A stretch of DNA of 64,000 nucleotides, taken from the NCBI GenBank assembly GCA_943789165.1, contig CALSTB010000005.1, positions 329,412 to 393,411 on the forward strand, given 5' to 3'. The number at the start of each line of letters is the position of its first letter. Positions within the stretch are counted from its first letter, which is position 1. Shown here one piece after another: positions 40,598 to 52,900 of the stretch. The stretch comes from an uncultured Bacteroidia bacterium (GTDB lineage: Bacteria; Bacteroidota; Bacteroidia; NS11-12g; UBA9320). Position numbers and translations under genes: made by a program. The notes beneath the pieces were generated by a model. That model saw nothing but the letters and a program-made list of their open reading frames with translations, had not been told where the DNA came from and made no database searches.

Positions 40598-40836
40598 TCT
40601 TTTAATATCCCAATAGCTGGAAAGCGGTCAAATACAGAGTTTGTATGCGGTGCGTCAGGTAGTTCAGCTGTTAAATCCTGACCAGCCCAGTGCTCGTAAT
40701 GTTTTCCGTTAGTCCATAACCGACTTTCTGTTACATCATACACCACACCTTTATAGGCGATCCAAATTGAATCTTTGTCTTGACCATTGTGTAATGACAA
40801 CTGTCGTGTTGTGATGTGTTTGATAGCAGGTGAAAT
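40594..40836 (-). CDS. Cytochrome b5-like haem/steroid-binding protein
   Basis: 'L..NGQD....WIAY.G.VYDVT.S.LW..G.HYEHWAGQDLT.EL.DAPH'. The frame is open upstream of the track's TTG (40800) to an ATT at 40836, so the start is uncertain. Confidence 0.85.
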   Translation of the reverse strand: MSPAIKHITTRQLSLHNGQDKDSIWIAYKGVVYDVTESRLWTNGKHYEHWAGQDLTAELPDAPHTNSVFDRFPAIGILKD

Positions 40837-40910
40837 TAAGGGCTACAAACAAAGCAAATAAAAAAGACATAACGAAGAATGAAGTATTTTCGTGAACCAC
40901 AAAGAAGTGC

Positions 40911-42056
40911 ATGAAGTTTAAGCTCTTATTCGTCTTTATCATCATCTATATTTTAGTCTCTTTTGGTTGGCTTACTTATTCCTTAGTCGCCTTTAGTAAC
41001 AAAGAATATGGATTGCAAAAACAGGTCTTAGAAGCTGGGCGTCAAGCCTGTGTGTTGCGCTTGATTGAAAAGAGCAAAAACTATGATTTTTCTTCGGATG
41101 ACGCTGTTCACATCATTTTTAAACAAGCCCAGATTGAGGCGGACACCAATTTGTTAAATGCCTTTTTACAGACGTACAATTTTGGTAGTTATAAAGCCGT
41201 GTACACCAAAGTATACCAAGGGTGGGATTTAGACATACAAATTGCGCCATACCAAATAAGTAGATTGGAGGGCAAGCTTCAGAATCGAGAACGTTTGTAC
41301 ATATTTCAAGCCTTGCTTTTGCTGATATTGGTGGCAGTGGGGGTGTATGGCGTGTATTACTCAATTCAAATGATTTATCGACTAAACAAGCAGCAAAACA
41401 ACTTTTTGCTGTCGGTGACGCATGAATTGAAAACACCCATTGCAACGATGAAATTGTTGTTGCAAACCATTAGGACTCGGAAACTTCCTGATGAGAAGCG
41501 CAACGAATTACTTGACAAAGCTGTTAACAACGCCGATCGGCTTAATGAGTTGACTGAGAACATGTTAACGGCCATGCAAATAGAGAACGACAACTATAAT
41601 TATGGTCGTGAAGTTTTTTCAATCACCGATATGATGGACAACTTGGTAGATAGTTACCAAATGCGTGCAGAAGTAACAGCCGAGATTGAGGATAACGTAG
41701 AAATTATTGGAGATCGATTTATCTTGAGAATTTCTATGAATAATTTGCTGGAGAATGCAATTAAATATGGGAACGATTTGCCTATTGAAGTGCAGCTACA
41801 TACGAAAAACAATAAGGCGATTATTACCGTAAAAGACCAGGGTATTGGCATCGATGAATCTGAACGAAAAAAGATCTTTAGGAAGTTCTATCGTGTTGAA
41901 GACGAAGAGGTTAGGGATACGAAGGGCACTGGCCTAGGATTGTTTATTGTGAAGGAAACGATTGAGAAGCATGGAGGAGCAATTCGCATCAAATCCAATG
42001 AGCCCCAAGGCACCATATTTATCATTGAGTTACCGCTTTCTACAAAAAATGAGTAG
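40911..42056 (+). CDS. Sensor histidine kinase (HisKA)
   Basis: Two TM helices, 'VTHELKTP', N box 'NLLENAIKY', 'DQGIG', 'FYRV' and 'GTGLGL'. Confidence 0.95.
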   Translation: MKFKLLFVFIIIYILVSFGWLTYSLVAFSNKEYGLQKQVLEAGRQACVLRLIEKSKNYDFSSDDAVHIIFKQAQIEADTNLLNAFLQTYNFGSYKAVYTKVYQGWDLDIQIAPYQISRLEGKLQNRERLYIFQALLLLILVAVGVYGVYYSIQMIYRLNKQQNNFLLSVTHELKTPIATMKLLLQTIRTRKLPDEKRNELLDKAVNNADRLNELTENMLTAMQIENDNYNYGREVFSITDMMDNLVDSYQMRAEVTAEIEDNVEIIGDRFILRISMNNLLENAIKYGNDLPIEVQLHTKNNKAIITVKDQGIGIDESERKKIFRKFYRVEDEEVRDTKGTGLGLFIVKETIEKHGGAIRIKSNEPQGTIFIIELPLSTKNE

Positions 42057-42187
42057 GCTATGACATACCATAGCTATTAAGAAAAGATATTTGATAGTCA
42101 GATTTTTTTTAAGAAGAGATGACATTTGTATACTACATCCCTGTGTAGAAGAGTTAACTAATTAAAATTGCATCAATAACAGCCCTT

Positions 42188-42880
42188 ATGAAAAAGCGAA
42201 TCTTACTTGTAGAAGACGAGAAACATTTAGCAGAAACCATTAAACTCAATCTTGAAATTGACGAGTACCACCCCGTTGTGGTCCACGATGGATTGTCTGC
42301 CGTCACAAAATTTAAAGAGCAAAGATTCGACCTTGTCATTTTGGACATCATGATTCCAAATATTGATGGAATTGCCGTGTGTGAAAACATTCGATTGCAT
42401 GATTCTCAAGTGCCCATTATGTTTTTGTCGGCAAAAAGTTCAGCCGAAGACCGCGTTTTAGGTCTACGTAAAGGTGGCGATGATTACATGACGAAGCCTT
42501 TTAACTTGGAAGAGTTTATGCTTCGAGTTAAGAACCTGATTGAACGTAACGACAATACTGCCAATAAGTTATCGTCTAATGACTACTCTTTTGGCGATAA
42601 CTATGTGAACTTCGTTAGCTATGAAGCAAAAGGAAATAAAGGAGAGTTCTCATTAACTAAAAAAGAAGCACTTCTTTTAAAACTGTTGATTGAAAATAAA
42701 AACGAAGTAGTGAGCAGAGAGAAAATTCTTCAAACTGTTTGGGGATATTCTGTGTATCCATCTACCAGAACAATCGATAATTTTATATTGGCATTTAGAA
42801 AGTACTTTGAGCCAGATCCTAAAAACCCAATGTTCTTTAAATCATTACGTGGAGTAGGCTACAAATTTGTTGAAGCCTAA
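42188..42880 (+). CDS. OmpR/PhoB family response regulator
   Basis: Receiver 'LVEDE', 'LDIMIP..DG', 'DDYMTKPF' and winged helix 'RTIDNFI...RK...RGVGY'. Confidence 0.95.
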   Translation: MKKRILLVEDEKHLAETIKLNLEIDEYHPVVVHDGLSAVTKFKEQRFDLVILDIMIPNIDGIAVCENIRLHDSQVPIMFLSAKSSAEDRVLGLRKGGDDYMTKPFNLEEFMLRVKNLIERNDNTANKLSSNDYSFGDNYVNFVSYEAKGNKGEFSLTKKEALLLKLLIENKNEVVSREKILQTVWGYSVYPSTRTIDNFILAFRKYFEPDPKNPMFFKSLRGVGYKFVEA

Positions 42881-42963
42881 ATCTGTGTAAAACAACTGTA
42901 TATCATTCCTTCTTAAGACTTCTTTCTAGTCTCTAAAAATGTACTTTTGTGCTTCGATTTAGC

Positions 42964-44490
42964 ATGGAAGAAAAGCTTATTATCCTTGATTTTGGGTCTC
43001 AGTATACTCAATTAATTGCACGTAGAGTTAGAGAACTCAATGTGTATTGCGAAATTCACCCGTACAACGCTGATTTAGTACTTGACGAAACTGTCAAAGG
43101 TGTGATTCTTTCTGGTAGTCCAAGTTCAGTGCGGGATGCTCAGGCTCCAACGCCAACATTAGATGTTCTTAATTTGTCGGTTCCATTGTTAGGAGTCTGT
43201 TACGGAGCACAGTGGCTAGCCACACAATTTGGCGGTCAGGTTGAGGCTTCAAAACACCGAGAATACGGACGTGCAAATTTAGTTTCAGTTGAATCCAATG
43301 CACTGATGAATGGCATTTCTGCCGGTTCACAAGTGTGGATGTCACATGCCGATACCATTACGCAAAAACCGACCAACGTTGAAGTAATCGCCAGCACATC
43401 GTCTGTAGATATTGCAGCTTTTTCGTTTCCCAATAGAGACATTTATGCCATACAGTTTCATCCTGAAGTGACGCATTCAACGGATGGAAAACAACTGTTG
43501 TCAAATTTTGTATTGAATATTTGTGGGGCAGAAGGTTCTTGGACGCCAGCTCATTTTATTGAAACGACCATTGCTGAAATCAAAGAAAAAGTTGGCAGCG
43601 ATAAAGTTATTCTTGGACTCAGTGGAGGTGTTGATTCATCCGTAGCTGCGACCTTAATTCATCAAGCCATCGGCACTCAGTTGCATTGCATTTTTGTAAA
43701 CAATGGACTGTTACGAAAGGATGAATATGATGCAGTTTTAGAGTCTTATAAAAACCTTGGTTTAAATATTCAAGGTGTTGATGCATCGGATTTATTTCTC
43801 GATGAACTAGATGGCGTAAAAGATCCTGAAACCAAGCGAAAAATTATTGGAAGGCTTTTTGTTGATGTATTTGACATTGAAGCGAAGAAAGTAGAAAATG
43901 CACGATGGTTGGCTCAAGGGACTATCTATCCAGATGTAATTGAATCTGTTTCGGTAAATGGACCATCAGCCACCATTAAAAGCCACCACAACGTGGGAGG
44001 TTTGCCAGAGAAAATGAACCTCAAACTATTGGAACCACTTAATACGTTATTTAAGGACGAGGTTCGAAAAATAGGCGCTGAGGCCGGATTAGGTAAAGAT
44101 ATTTTGGGTAGACACCCATTTCCTGGACCAGGATTGGCCATTAGGATCATCGGTGAAATAACACGTGAAAAAGTGGCCATTTTGCAGGAGGCAGACGCTA
44201 TATTTATCAATGGTTTGAAAGAACACGGCATTTACGACGATGTTTGGCAAGCAGGAGCAATGTTCCTACCAGTTCAATCTGTTGGCGTAATGGGAGATGA
44301 GCGAACTTACGAAAATGTGATTTGCTTGAGAGCCGTTACTTCGTTAGATGGTATGACAGCGGATTGGGTAGATTTACCACATCGCTTTTTAGCCGATACG
44401 AGTAACAAAATTATAAATACGATTAAAGGAATTAATAGAGTTGTATATGACATCAGTTCAAAACCGCCAGCCACTATTGAGTGGGAATAG
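42964..44490 (+). CDS. guaA: GMP synthase (glutamine-hydrolysing)
   Basis: '[15 protein letters not shown]', 'GVCYG', 'QFHPEV', 'SGGVDS', '[11 protein letters not shown]' and '[10 protein letters not shown]'. Confidence 0.98.
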   Translation: MEEKLIILDFGSQYTQLIARRVRELNVYCEIHPYNADLVLDETVKGVILSGSPSSVRDAQAPTPTLDVLNLSVPLLGVCYGAQWLATQFGGQVEASKHREYGRANLVSVESNALMNGISAGSQVWMSHADTITQKPTNVEVIASTSSVDIAAFSFPNRDIYAIQFHPEVTHSTDGKQLLSNFVLNICGAEGSWTPAHFIETTIAEIKEKVGSDKVILGLSGGVDSSVAATLIHQAIGTQLHCIFVNNGLLRKDEYDAVLESYKNLGLNIQGVDASDLFLDELDGVKDPETKRKIIGRLFVDVFDIEAKKVENARWLAQGTIYPDVIESVSVNGPSATIKSHHNVGGLPEKMNLKLLEPLNTLFKDEVRKIGAEAGLGKDILGRHPFPGPGLAIRIIGEITREKVAILQEADAIFINGLKEHGIYDDVWQAGAMFLPVQSVGVMGDERTYENVICLRAVTSLDGMTADWVDLPHRFLADTSNKIINTIKGINRVVYDISSKPPATIEWE

Positions 44491-45733
44491 TTTATTAGCG
44501 ATTTTATCTGCATTGGTGTTGCTCTCGTGTAATGCCTTTAAGGTTGTTTCAAACGACAACCCAGTTGTGCATACGGAAGATAAAACAGAAGAGCCGACCA
44601 AAACCAAAGAAAAGAAAAAGGAAGAAGCCAAAGTAGAAGACTTTAAACCTGAGCTAATTACGGTTGATTTTTTTGGTGAAGAATTTCAAGTTGAACCCCA
44701 TAAGACAGAGTTTAAAGTAGCCCTAATTCTGCCATTTTACTATAACGCTCAAACCCCTATTGAGAAGCGAACTTCAGACTACATGGTTGAATATTATCAA
44801 GGTGTTAAACAGGCTTTGACAAACTTAGAGATGTATGGTTTGCAATTGAAGTTGTACGTTTTCGACGATGAGAACAATACCGATAAACTCAAGTCCATTC
44901 TTGGGAAGTCCACGCTTAAAACAATGGATGTAGTGATCGGTTCGATTGGTGAAAGCCATGTTGAAATGGTAGCCAATTTTGGTTTGGCAAATGACATACC
45001 CGTTATTTCTCCTTTTACGAGCTTAGATTCGCTTAAACAACCTAATACGAAAATGTATTGCACCACACCTAGTTCCATGGACAAGGTGGATAAAGTCATT
45101 GATTTCATTTCAAAGAATTACGCAACAAATTCAGTCATAATAGTCACTGACAATCAGCCCTATTCGGACGAGATGAAATCGAGTTATGTAACTGGTTTTC
45201 AAAAACTTAAAAAGAAAAATGTGGGATATGAAACCACTGACTACAACGGTTGGGGAAACGTTTTGGAAAAAGACAAAGAAACAGTGGTGATTGTCTTGTC
45301 GCGGAACCCAACAACAGTGAGTACGACATTATCTAAGATTTATCAAACTAAACGTAACGTAGTGGTTATTGGCGACAATAGTTGGTCGAATTTTCAGGAC
45401 AACGATTACAAGTTTTGGGATAAGATGAATGTGCACTTGGTTGCCTCTGATTATGTAAATGATACTTCGGCAGAAGTCAAAAACTTCAAGATAAATTTCA
45501 GGTTGGTTAATAGAACGGATCCGGGTGTCTATGCCTATATCGGTTACGATCAATTTATGTTTATGGGCGAGTTTTTGCTGGCGTTTGGAGAGCATTTCCC
45601 AGGATATATCAACGACAGAGAATTCAGATATCTTAGTTCCAATTTCCACTATCAATATAAAGACGGCTTAAACAAAAACACAAACGTGTTTATTCTTAAA
45701 TTCGAAGACTTTGAGCTGAAACCAGTTCAATGA
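44477..45733 (+). CDS. Lipoprotein with type I periplasmic-binding-protein fold
   Basis: Lipobox 'LLS-C' from TTG 44477, overlapping the end of guaA. 'KVALILPF', 'EYYQG...A', 'D.VIG', 'IPVISP' and 'A..GYD'. Confidence 0.8.
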   Translation: MSGNSLLAILSALVLLSCNAFKVVSNDNPVVHTEDKTEEPTKTKEKKKEEAKVEDFKPELITVDFFGEEFQVEPHKTEFKVALILPFYYNAQTPIEKRTSDYMVEYYQGVKQALTNLEMYGLQLKLYVFDDENNTDKLKSILGKSTLKTMDVVIGSIGESHVEMVANFGLANDIPVISPFTSLDSLKQPNTKMYCTTPSSMDKVDKVIDFISKNYATNSVIIVTDNQPYSDEMKSSYVTGFQKLKKKNVGYETTDYNGWGNVLEKDKETVVIVLSRNPTTVSTTLSKIYQTKRNVVVIGDNSWSNFQDNDYKFWDKMNVHLVASDYVNDTSAEVKNFKINFRLVNRTDPGVYAYIGYDQFMFMGEFLLAFGEHFPGYINDREFRYLSSNFHYQYKDGLNKNTNVFILKFEDFELKPVQ

Positions 45734-46920
45734 AGTCACAACACATATTTAACAGACATGTCGATTTTGCCCTTATTTGCTTAGATAAGCATGAAAAAGG
45801 CAAGCCATTTCATCCGACCTTACATCGGTATTTTAAGGAAAACAAACAATTCGGAAGCCGTGATCGGAAACGAATTAAGAACCTGTGCTACGACTGGTTT
45901 CGTTTAGGATATAGTTTACAAGGTTTAACCAAACGAGAACAGGTTTTCTTGGCATTTTTAATTGTTGAAGAAACCATACCTGAATGGTTGTTATTGGGAT
46001 TTGAACGTTTTGTTTTACCGCCTTCTTGGTTAACATGGGGCATCGACAAGCGTCTTGATTTTATTGAAAAAGCCTTAGACTGGTCGTCAACTTCTCTTTT
46101 TCCAGTAATGGGCTCGCTATCTGACGAAGTAGATAGAGCTCAATTTGTACAGCATCAGTTAACTCAATCATTGGTTTGGGTTCGATGTAAAAATGAAAAT
46201 GAATTTGATGCTGTAAAAAAGAAACTACCTGAAGCCATTGTTAAAGAAAATCAAGCACTTGGTGTGTTAGCAGGCCATTATATAGAGGCCAATGGTGTTG
46301 CCAAACAGGTAGAAATCCAAGATTACAGTTCACAAAAGGTTTACGGTGATTTAAGTCTAGATCAAGTACAGAGCGTTTGGGATTGTTGTTGTGCATCTGG
46401 TGGTAAAAGTCTGTTGTTGTTAGATCGGTTAAAAGCCATCAACGTCTATGGCAGTGACAACCGAAAGTCGATACTCAGTAATTTTATTTCTCGAACAGGC
46501 CGTCATAGATATAGGGTTTGGTCGGCTGTGGTAGACTTAGCTAAAAAAGTGACGCGTATCAAATTCAGCAGTAAAGAAAACGAAGTATTCATCACGAATC
46601 CTAGTTTCGATTTGATCATTGCTGATGTACCGTGTTCAGGGTCTGGGACGTGGAACCGTAATCCTGAGTTTAAGTATTCGTTTAATGATGATGTGTCTAA
46701 ATACTGCGACTTGCAGAGAGAAATTGTAACCAATGCATGGTACTTCTTAAAACCAGGTGGTAGATTGATGTACTCAACATGTTCTGTCTATGCACAGGAA
46801 AATGAGAACCTAGTGAAGTCGTTGATGATGCCAGATATGGAAGTGCTACAATCAGGATATATACATGGCTATGCGCATCAGTCAGATTCGATGTTCTTTG
46901 CTGAGCTTCAGAAGATTTGA
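45730..46920 (+). CDS. RsmB/NOP family RNA m5C methyltransferase
   Basis: 'GSRDR', 'EIQD.SSQ', 'WDCC.ASGGKSL', 'DVPCSGSGTW' and 'YSTCSV...ENE'. Confidence 0.92.
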   Translation: MKSQHIFNRHVDFALICLDKHEKGKPFHPTLHRYFKENKQFGSRDRKRIKNLCYDWFRLGYSLQGLTKREQVFLAFLIVEETIPEWLLLGFERFVLPPSWLTWGIDKRLDFIEKALDWSSTSLFPVMGSLSDEVDRAQFVQHQLTQSLVWVRCKNENEFDAVKKKLPEAIVKENQALGVLAGHYIEANGVAKQVEIQDYSSQKVYGDLSLDQVQSVWDCCCASGGKSLLLLDRLKAINVYGSDNRKSILSNFISRTGRHRYRVWSAVVDLAKKVTRIKFSSKENEVFITNPSFDLIIADVPCSGSGTWNRNPEFKYSFNDDVSKYCDLQREIVTNAWYFLKPGGRLMYSTCSVYAQENENLVKSLMMPDMEVLQSGYIHGYAHQSDSMFFAELQKI

Positions 46921-46979
46921 CATTTTACTGTATGGCATACTTGCGTAATTTCATATAACTTTACCCAAAAATTAAAACT

Positions 46980-47888
46980 ATGATCAATAAAGCTCGGATT
47001 TATGTTCTTGTCATGTTAGCAACCATATCATTGGTATCGCTACAATCATGTAAAGACGATAGCGGCGACGGTGGAAATCAACCAACAAAATCGATTTCAG
47101 AGTATATGACGTCAGAAGGCGGATATACAGAGTTTCTAGCAGCCTTAGAATTGGCTGGATTAGATGGAAAAATTACAGGTTCAGGTGGATTTACCATCCT
47201 GGCAGTAAGTGACTTACAATTGGCTGATGACGGCGTTGACTTAAGTTCAATGACAAACGCAGAACAGGTTGCTTTTGTAAAATACCACTGTATCGACGGG
47301 AAAAAAGAACCAAAGGACTTTACCCATACTGGCTACGTTTCAAGCGAATCGAATACTGGTCCGAACAATGCCAAGCTTTCAATCTATACAGAAATAACTG
47401 GCGAAGCGGTTAGGTTTAACGGAAAGTCGGCAACGACCAACTATGAAGCAACGAATGGTATGATTTACTTAATGGCAAATAGCTTAAAAGTTCCAACGCT
47501 TTTGGATCAAATTGCCAATAATCCAAATCTATCTAACTACAAGGTTGGCGTTAACTTGGAGGCAGCAACAAAGACTGCTTTGCAAACAGGTGACAACACG
47601 GTATTTGGTATCAACGATACTGAATTTGTAAAGTATTTAGAAACGCAAAACGTGATTCGAATTGCAGATTTGTCGCCAAGTGCTAGACGTGCTTTGATGA
47701 ACACTACAATGATTTTCGGAGAGGTGAAAACCAAAGCTGATTTAACTGGAACGATTTCAACTGAAGGGGAGGATATTACTGCCGTTTCTGGCGCTGATAT
47801 TACACTAAACGGAAACGTAAAAGTGATTAGAAGTAACGTGTTTGCCTCCAATGGAGTCATGCATATTATCAACGGTGTTTTAAAATAA
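46980..47888 (+). CDS. Fasciclin (FAS1) domain lipoprotein
   Basis: Lipobox 'QS-C' plus 'KDD'. Two FAS1-like units ('FTILA', 'YH', 'ATNGMIY'; 'ASNGVMHIINGVL'). Confidence 0.85.
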   Translation: MINKARIYVLVMLATISLVSLQSCKDDSGDGGNQPTKSISEYMTSEGGYTEFLAALELAGLDGKITGSGGFTILAVSDLQLADDGVDLSSMTNAEQVAFVKYHCIDGKKEPKDFTHTGYVSSESNTGPNNAKLSIYTEITGEAVRFNGKSATTNYEATNGMIYLMANSLKVPTLLDQIANNPNLSNYKVGVNLEAATKTALQTGDNTVFGINDTEFVKYLETQNVIRIADLSPSARRALMNTTMIFGEVKTKADLTGTISTEGEDITAVSGADITLNGNVKVIRSNVFASNGVMHIINGVLK

Positions 47889-47908
47889 CCGTTCATACAT
47901 GTATAAAG

Positions 47909-47941
47909 AAAAAGGGTCAGCCAGTTGGCGGACCCTTTTTT
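47909..47941. terminator. Bidirectional terminator between convergent genes
   Basis: AAAAAGGGTC-AGCCAGTTGGCG-GACCCTTTTT with A and T tracts on both sides. It overlaps the last codons of the minus-strand MmcQ gene. Confidence 0.8.
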
Positions 47942-48282
47942 AATGCTTCTTTTTGAGCCTTGGTTAATTTCGAAACTACTAGGTCGTAGCTGTGATCAAT
48001 CATTTTGCGAAGCAAGGCTGAGTCAGGGAATTGTGCGGATTCAACCGTATTCCAATGCTTCTTGTTCATGTGATATCCAGGCTTTATCAGTGTTGTGGTA
48101 GCACGCAGTTCTTCTGCCCATTCAGGGTCACATTTTAAATTGACGGATACATAATGCTCTACGTTGGTTAGGGCAAACATCTTATCCAAGACCTTAAAAA
48201 CAAGTGTGTTAGAATCAAAAGGAAACGACTCAGTCACACCAGGCTTATCCAAACAATAGTCGCGAAGTTCAATTATGTCCAT
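47917..48282 (-). CDS. MmcQ/YjbR family protein
   Basis: 'FPF....LVFKV..KMFA', 'NLKCDP..A.ELR', 'PGYHMNK.HWN' and 'IDHSY.LV'. Confidence 0.93.
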   Translation of the reverse strand: MDIIELRDYCLDKPGVTESFPFDSNTLVFKVLDKMFALTNVEHYVSVNLKCDPEWAEELRATTTLIKPGYHMNKKHWNTVESAQFPDSALLRKMIDHSYDLVVSKLTKAQKEALKKGPPTG

Positions 48283-48331
48283 GTCCGTATTGAGATTAAT
48301 TTAGGAGTACTATGTGCGATATCAATGTATC

Positions 48332-49864
48332 TTACATGCGTTTGTAAATAATGAAATTCGGTCTTTTAGCGAACAAAACCAATTGGTTGTATAGCCACGG
48401 TTGATCTGATGGTAGCTTATCCGCCCAAACAGATGGGAAGATATAATAGTCAGGTTGAATGCGTTCCGACCAATACTTCATGTTGGATGAATCCCGAGAC
48501 ATTTCTTCGTGATTGAACGCCTTGCCTAATCGATTAAAGTACACAAGCGAAGTATTTGGCGCAGCATCATACCCAACAAAAATGGTCGCTGATTTTGGAA
48601 TGCCCATATCTGAAATGATTGCATTTGCGTTTTTCAGCCATTCGATGTCAGTGATAATATCTCTATGTTTCCAAATAAAATGACTCGACATACGCCTGTC
48701 ATAGTCTCTCACTGACAATGTGATTGTTGAAAGGGCAATCAATCCGACAATAGGAAGCGTCCATTTGTTCTTGAAAATGGGTAAGTCAAAAGAAGCCGTG
48801 AGCAGAAACCAAAAAAGAATAAAAATCAGAGGTAAAACTGCCGGTATGAAGTAGTAATCATGGTTGACGAATTGAGCACCCATGAGTTTAAAAAACATAA
48901 GCAAGCCAGTAGCAGATATAATCAAGAAATTACGGCCAGTGCGGTTAAAATGAATAGACTTTCTGCGTATCACAGCAAAAACGATTAAGCCTAGTACCAT
49001 GATGGTTTGTGACCATGTGAGGTATTGTCCGTGCCAGTATCCCAAACCCTTCCAAAATCCTCGAACATCTGAAAAAGTATTGAGGGGTTGTTGTTTCGAC
49101 ATAAAGATTCTTGAATAGAAATCTTCATTAACTTTGTGGAAGAAGTAATAATCATAGCTCCAAATGGTTGCAGCAACCAGCAAGAAAACCGTGATAAACC
49201 AAAGTCCTTTTTTGAGTTGAAAAGGCTTTAGAAAATGAAGTCCGATGGCTCCCGTCATCCCCAAAAAATATATACCACAAGTTGTTTTTATCAAGGTGGC
49301 TATTCCTGCAAATAAGATGGCATATATCGCTGATTTTAATCTGGAAGTTTCTGTAAAATCTATAAAATGAGCAAAGCCGATGAGAAGAAAGGCTAATCCT
49401 GCTATATCGGGTAAGAAATTAAAAGCGTAGAAAAACAGCAATGGACTAAAAAACAAGATAAGACCTGCCAGAAATTTGAATGTGGTATTTAGCTTCCATT
49501 TTCGCATGAAAAACCAAAACCCGATGGTCAACAGACAAAGGTTTAATCCTCGATAAATAAACGGTAGATATTCGGGATTGATTATACGGCTGACCTGCGC
49601 AGAAACATATTGGAGAATTGGAAATTCGACGCCACAACGCCCATCAATCGTACTCAAATTATGTGTTTGTGCTTTAAAGAAATTCGTGTTGTCGATATAC
49701 CGAACAGCAACGGAATATCTGTCTGATTGAGCCCAATTGTGCACTCCTAAAGGAAGTGAGTTGGCATATTTCCCGTAGGTCAAAACGAACAATACAAGGA
49801 TGCTTATGAATCCTAGAATAAATCGATATTTCAAGAGGGCTTTCAGAACGCGACAAAGAAACAA
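48332..49864 (-). CDS. GT-C / ArnT-like polytopic membrane glycosyltransferase
   Basis: 'H.WAQ.DR', 'EFP', 'FLPD', 'LIK' and 'HDYY' motifs with many TM segments. The start is uncertain. Confidence 0.75.
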   Translation of the reverse strand: MFLCRVLKALLKYRFILGFISILVLFVLTYGKYANSLPLGVHNWAQSDRYSVAVRYIDNTNFFKAQTHNLSTIDGRCGVEFPILQYVSAQVSRIINPEYLPFIYRGLNLCLLTIGFWFFMRKWKLNTTFKFLAGLILFFSPLLFFYAFNFLPDIAGLAFLLIGFAHFIDFTETSRLKSAIYAILFAGIATLIKTTCGIYFLGMTGAIGLHFLKPFQLKKGLWFITVFLLVAATIWSYDYYFFHKVNEDFYSRIFMSKQQPLNTFSDVRGFWKGLGYWHGQYLTWSQTIMVLGLIVFAVIRRKSIHFNRTGRNFLIISATGLLMFFKLMGAQFVNHDYYFIPAVLPLIFILFWFLLTASFDLPIFKNKWTLPIVGLIALSTITLSVRDYDRRMSSHFIWKHRDIITDIEWLKNANAIISDMGIPKSATIFVGYDAAPNTSLVYFNRLGKAFNHEEMSRDSSNMKYWSERIQPDYYIFPSVWADKLPSDQPWLYNQLVLFAKRPNFIIYKRM

Positions 49865-49965
49865 ACTATTTTAAGAATTCAGAGACGACAATTATTCTCA
49901 TTTTTTTGCCATTATCATGCAGCGTTTTGGCTGCTTCGTCGTCTACTTAGTATATTTACACCATT

Positions 49966-52900
49966 ATGTGGGGCTTGAAATTTTCTAAATGTCTGTTGGC
50001 TTGTGTATTTTTATTGCAAAACATTTCGTTTGCTTCTGGCCAAGGTACGACACAAAATGAGTCCGCATCTCAGTATCAGCAGGTATTAAATGACGTATTG
50101 GTTCAAGGGCAACTCTTCAGAGAAAACAACGGACAATGGGACGCCGATATCTTATATCAAACATCTGGTAACGGAGCGACTGCTTCATTTTATTCTAACA
50201 AGGTTCTGTTTTCGTTGGTAAAAGATTTTGAACTTGGCAACGACCCCGATAATCCAATGGAAGCTCGTGCGAGCTTTTTAAATTGGAGTTTAAGCTTTGA
50301 TCAATCCAAAACACAAGGAGTTATTCCCTCAAGCCTGATTGAAAGGAACGTTCACTATTTTACAGGTAAAGCAAATGCCTCATCTCAAATAAAGGAGTAC
50401 AAAGATCTTTGCTATAAAGAAGTTTACCCGAATACTGATTTAATGTTTTATGGAAATCCCGAAGGTGCGTTGAAATACGATTTCATCGCTAAACCAGGAG
50501 CGGATGTTCATAATATTCAAATGACTTACGATGGCGTTGAATCGGTCGAAGTATTGCCAAATGGTACTTTGAAACTGTCAACTGCATGGGGAGATTTGTT
50601 CGAGGACAAGCCTTATTCCTATCAAATGATTAACGGAGTTGAAACAGAAGTTTCGGTCTCTTATGTTGTCAATGACAAAACAGTTGGCTTTGTTGTAAAC
50701 GAAGCGTATGATAAAACAGTTCCACTTGTAATTGACCCAATTTACGTTGATTGGAGTACCTATTTTTATGGTGACCCAATAACCAGTACGTGGGGATGGA
50801 ATTACGTGTTGGACGTGGATATTGACGATGAAGACTATGTCTACATCACCGGTATGTCGAACAACCAAAGATTTTATAGTCAGTTGGGCGGGTATGACAC
50901 CTCGTTAAATGGTTTCTACGACGCGTTTGTATGTAAGATTACGCCGAAAGGTGATAGCTTAAAGTACTTCACTTATCTTGGAGGAAGTAGCTATGAATAC
51001 GGAATGAATGTTTCGGTTAATTCAAAACATGAAGTCGTTGTTTCAGGAATCACCTATGGAGGTGGTTTCCCTACAACTGCTGGAGCTTTTGATGAAAATG
51101 GTAAAAGTTGTTCAGGAGGCTGGTGTTATCAAGGATTTGTTACCAAATTGAATGATGATGGGAGTGACCTCATTTTTAGTACCTATCTGACTGGAACCAA
51201 AGCGTCAGGATTTTATTCTATTGATTGGATTCGAGGAATGCAGGTAACGGATAATGGTAAAGTGTACCTCGTGGGAAATACGTCGTCAGAAGATTTTCCA
51301 ACGACTTCGGGATGTTACCAACCGGCTTACGGTGGAACTGCCGCTACAGGCGGTTACTATTACTGGCACCAAGGAGACGCCTTTATGACTTGTCTTAAGT
51401 CCGACGGTACGGGCTTGGTATTTTCAACATACATTGGAGGTTCAGGAATCGATGTTGCAAAAGACGTATATGTTGATGAATCTGGATTAATCTATGTCGT
51501 TGGTCAAACCAGTTCAGGAAATTTTAGGACAACGCCAGGAGCTTCAATCTTTAATAAATACATAAAAGGAAACACAGATGCCTTTGTCATTAAGTTTAAG
51601 GCAAATGGAAACCAAGTGGAATGGGCAAAGTTGATGGGTGGCACTGGTGAAGATAATTTTGAAAGCATATACGCCACGGAAACAGGTGATCCTTTTATCG
51701 CTGGTTCAACCACATCTGCAGATTTTCCGACAACAGCAAAAGCGTACAAGCGGAGCCATGGAGGCGGCTATGATGCAGTGGTTGTCAAAATGATATCGGC
51801 AGGAACGAATGTATATTATTCAACCTATTTAGGTGGGTCAAATGATGACGGATATTCATGGAATTACCCGTTTTTTAGTCCGCTGAGCATTACGGCCAAT
51901 GTGCGTGACGAGGCAATTGTCGCTGCAACTTCTCGGTCAACAGACTTTCCAACAACGTCAGATGCAATTCAACCAAAATCAAAATTAACAACAAGTGGAT
52001 TCTACGGATCTATGACGATTACAAAGCTTGATTTTGATGGAGCAAAGCAACTATATGGAACCTATTACGGCGGGAGTAGAGGAGAATTCCCAGGTGGGGT
52101 ACGTGCGAAAAGAGTTGGGTGCGTGACTTATATCTTATCTGCTGGAAACTCATTTTCAGGCGATTATCCAACTACTAAAGGTGTTTATAAAGACAGCTTA
52201 GGTACATCTGGATCGTTCTGGACAGGATTTGTAACGAAATTTAGAGACACGCTTTATACGGAACCCATTGAACTTGGTTTCAAAGACACATTCGTCGAAT
52301 GCGACAACGTGTTTGAAATATTTGATGCGAAAAACCAAGGTGCTGACTTCACTTGGAGTGATGGTAGTAGTAACAGATTTAACATCGCAAAAGACTCTGG
52401 ATTGATTTGGGTACAAGCCACTTATGGTTGTGATACGGTAAGAGACTCCGTTCAAATTCTATTAGAACACAGTCCAAAAGTGCCCGTCTTTGGAAATGAC
52501 ACCACCTTCTGTGATAATTTCCCAAGTCTCACTTTAGACGCCAAAAACGACACCATTATTCGATCATATCTCTGGCACAATGGAGACACCACTCAAAAAG
52601 TCTCAATCAATGCCCCCGGTAAATATTATGTCGATATCATTACGCCAAACTGCGGTACCAAGACAGATACGATTAATTTTAAACTGCTAGATACACCAGT
52701 TGTCAACCTATATTCTGACACCATTTCCTGTGATTCGGTGCGTTTGGTCTTAGATGCCGGAAATGCCAACAATGAAGCTACTTATAAATGGAATACAGGT
52801 GATTCTGTGCAAGCCATTACGGCAATGGATACTGGATTATATAAAGTTGTAGTCTCTAATTTTTGCGGAATAGACAGTAGTCAGAAACACATTACACAAC

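Noticed and set aside
42059-42130. Two ATGACAT copies upstream of the OmpR regulator
   Set aside because: They are about 60 nt apart, not the ~11-nt spacing of OmpR boxes, so the signal is too weak.
50800-52200. Repeated motifs in the SBBP-like protein
   Set aside because: These are protein-level propeller repeats, diverged at the DNA level. They are not CRISPR or DGR repeats.
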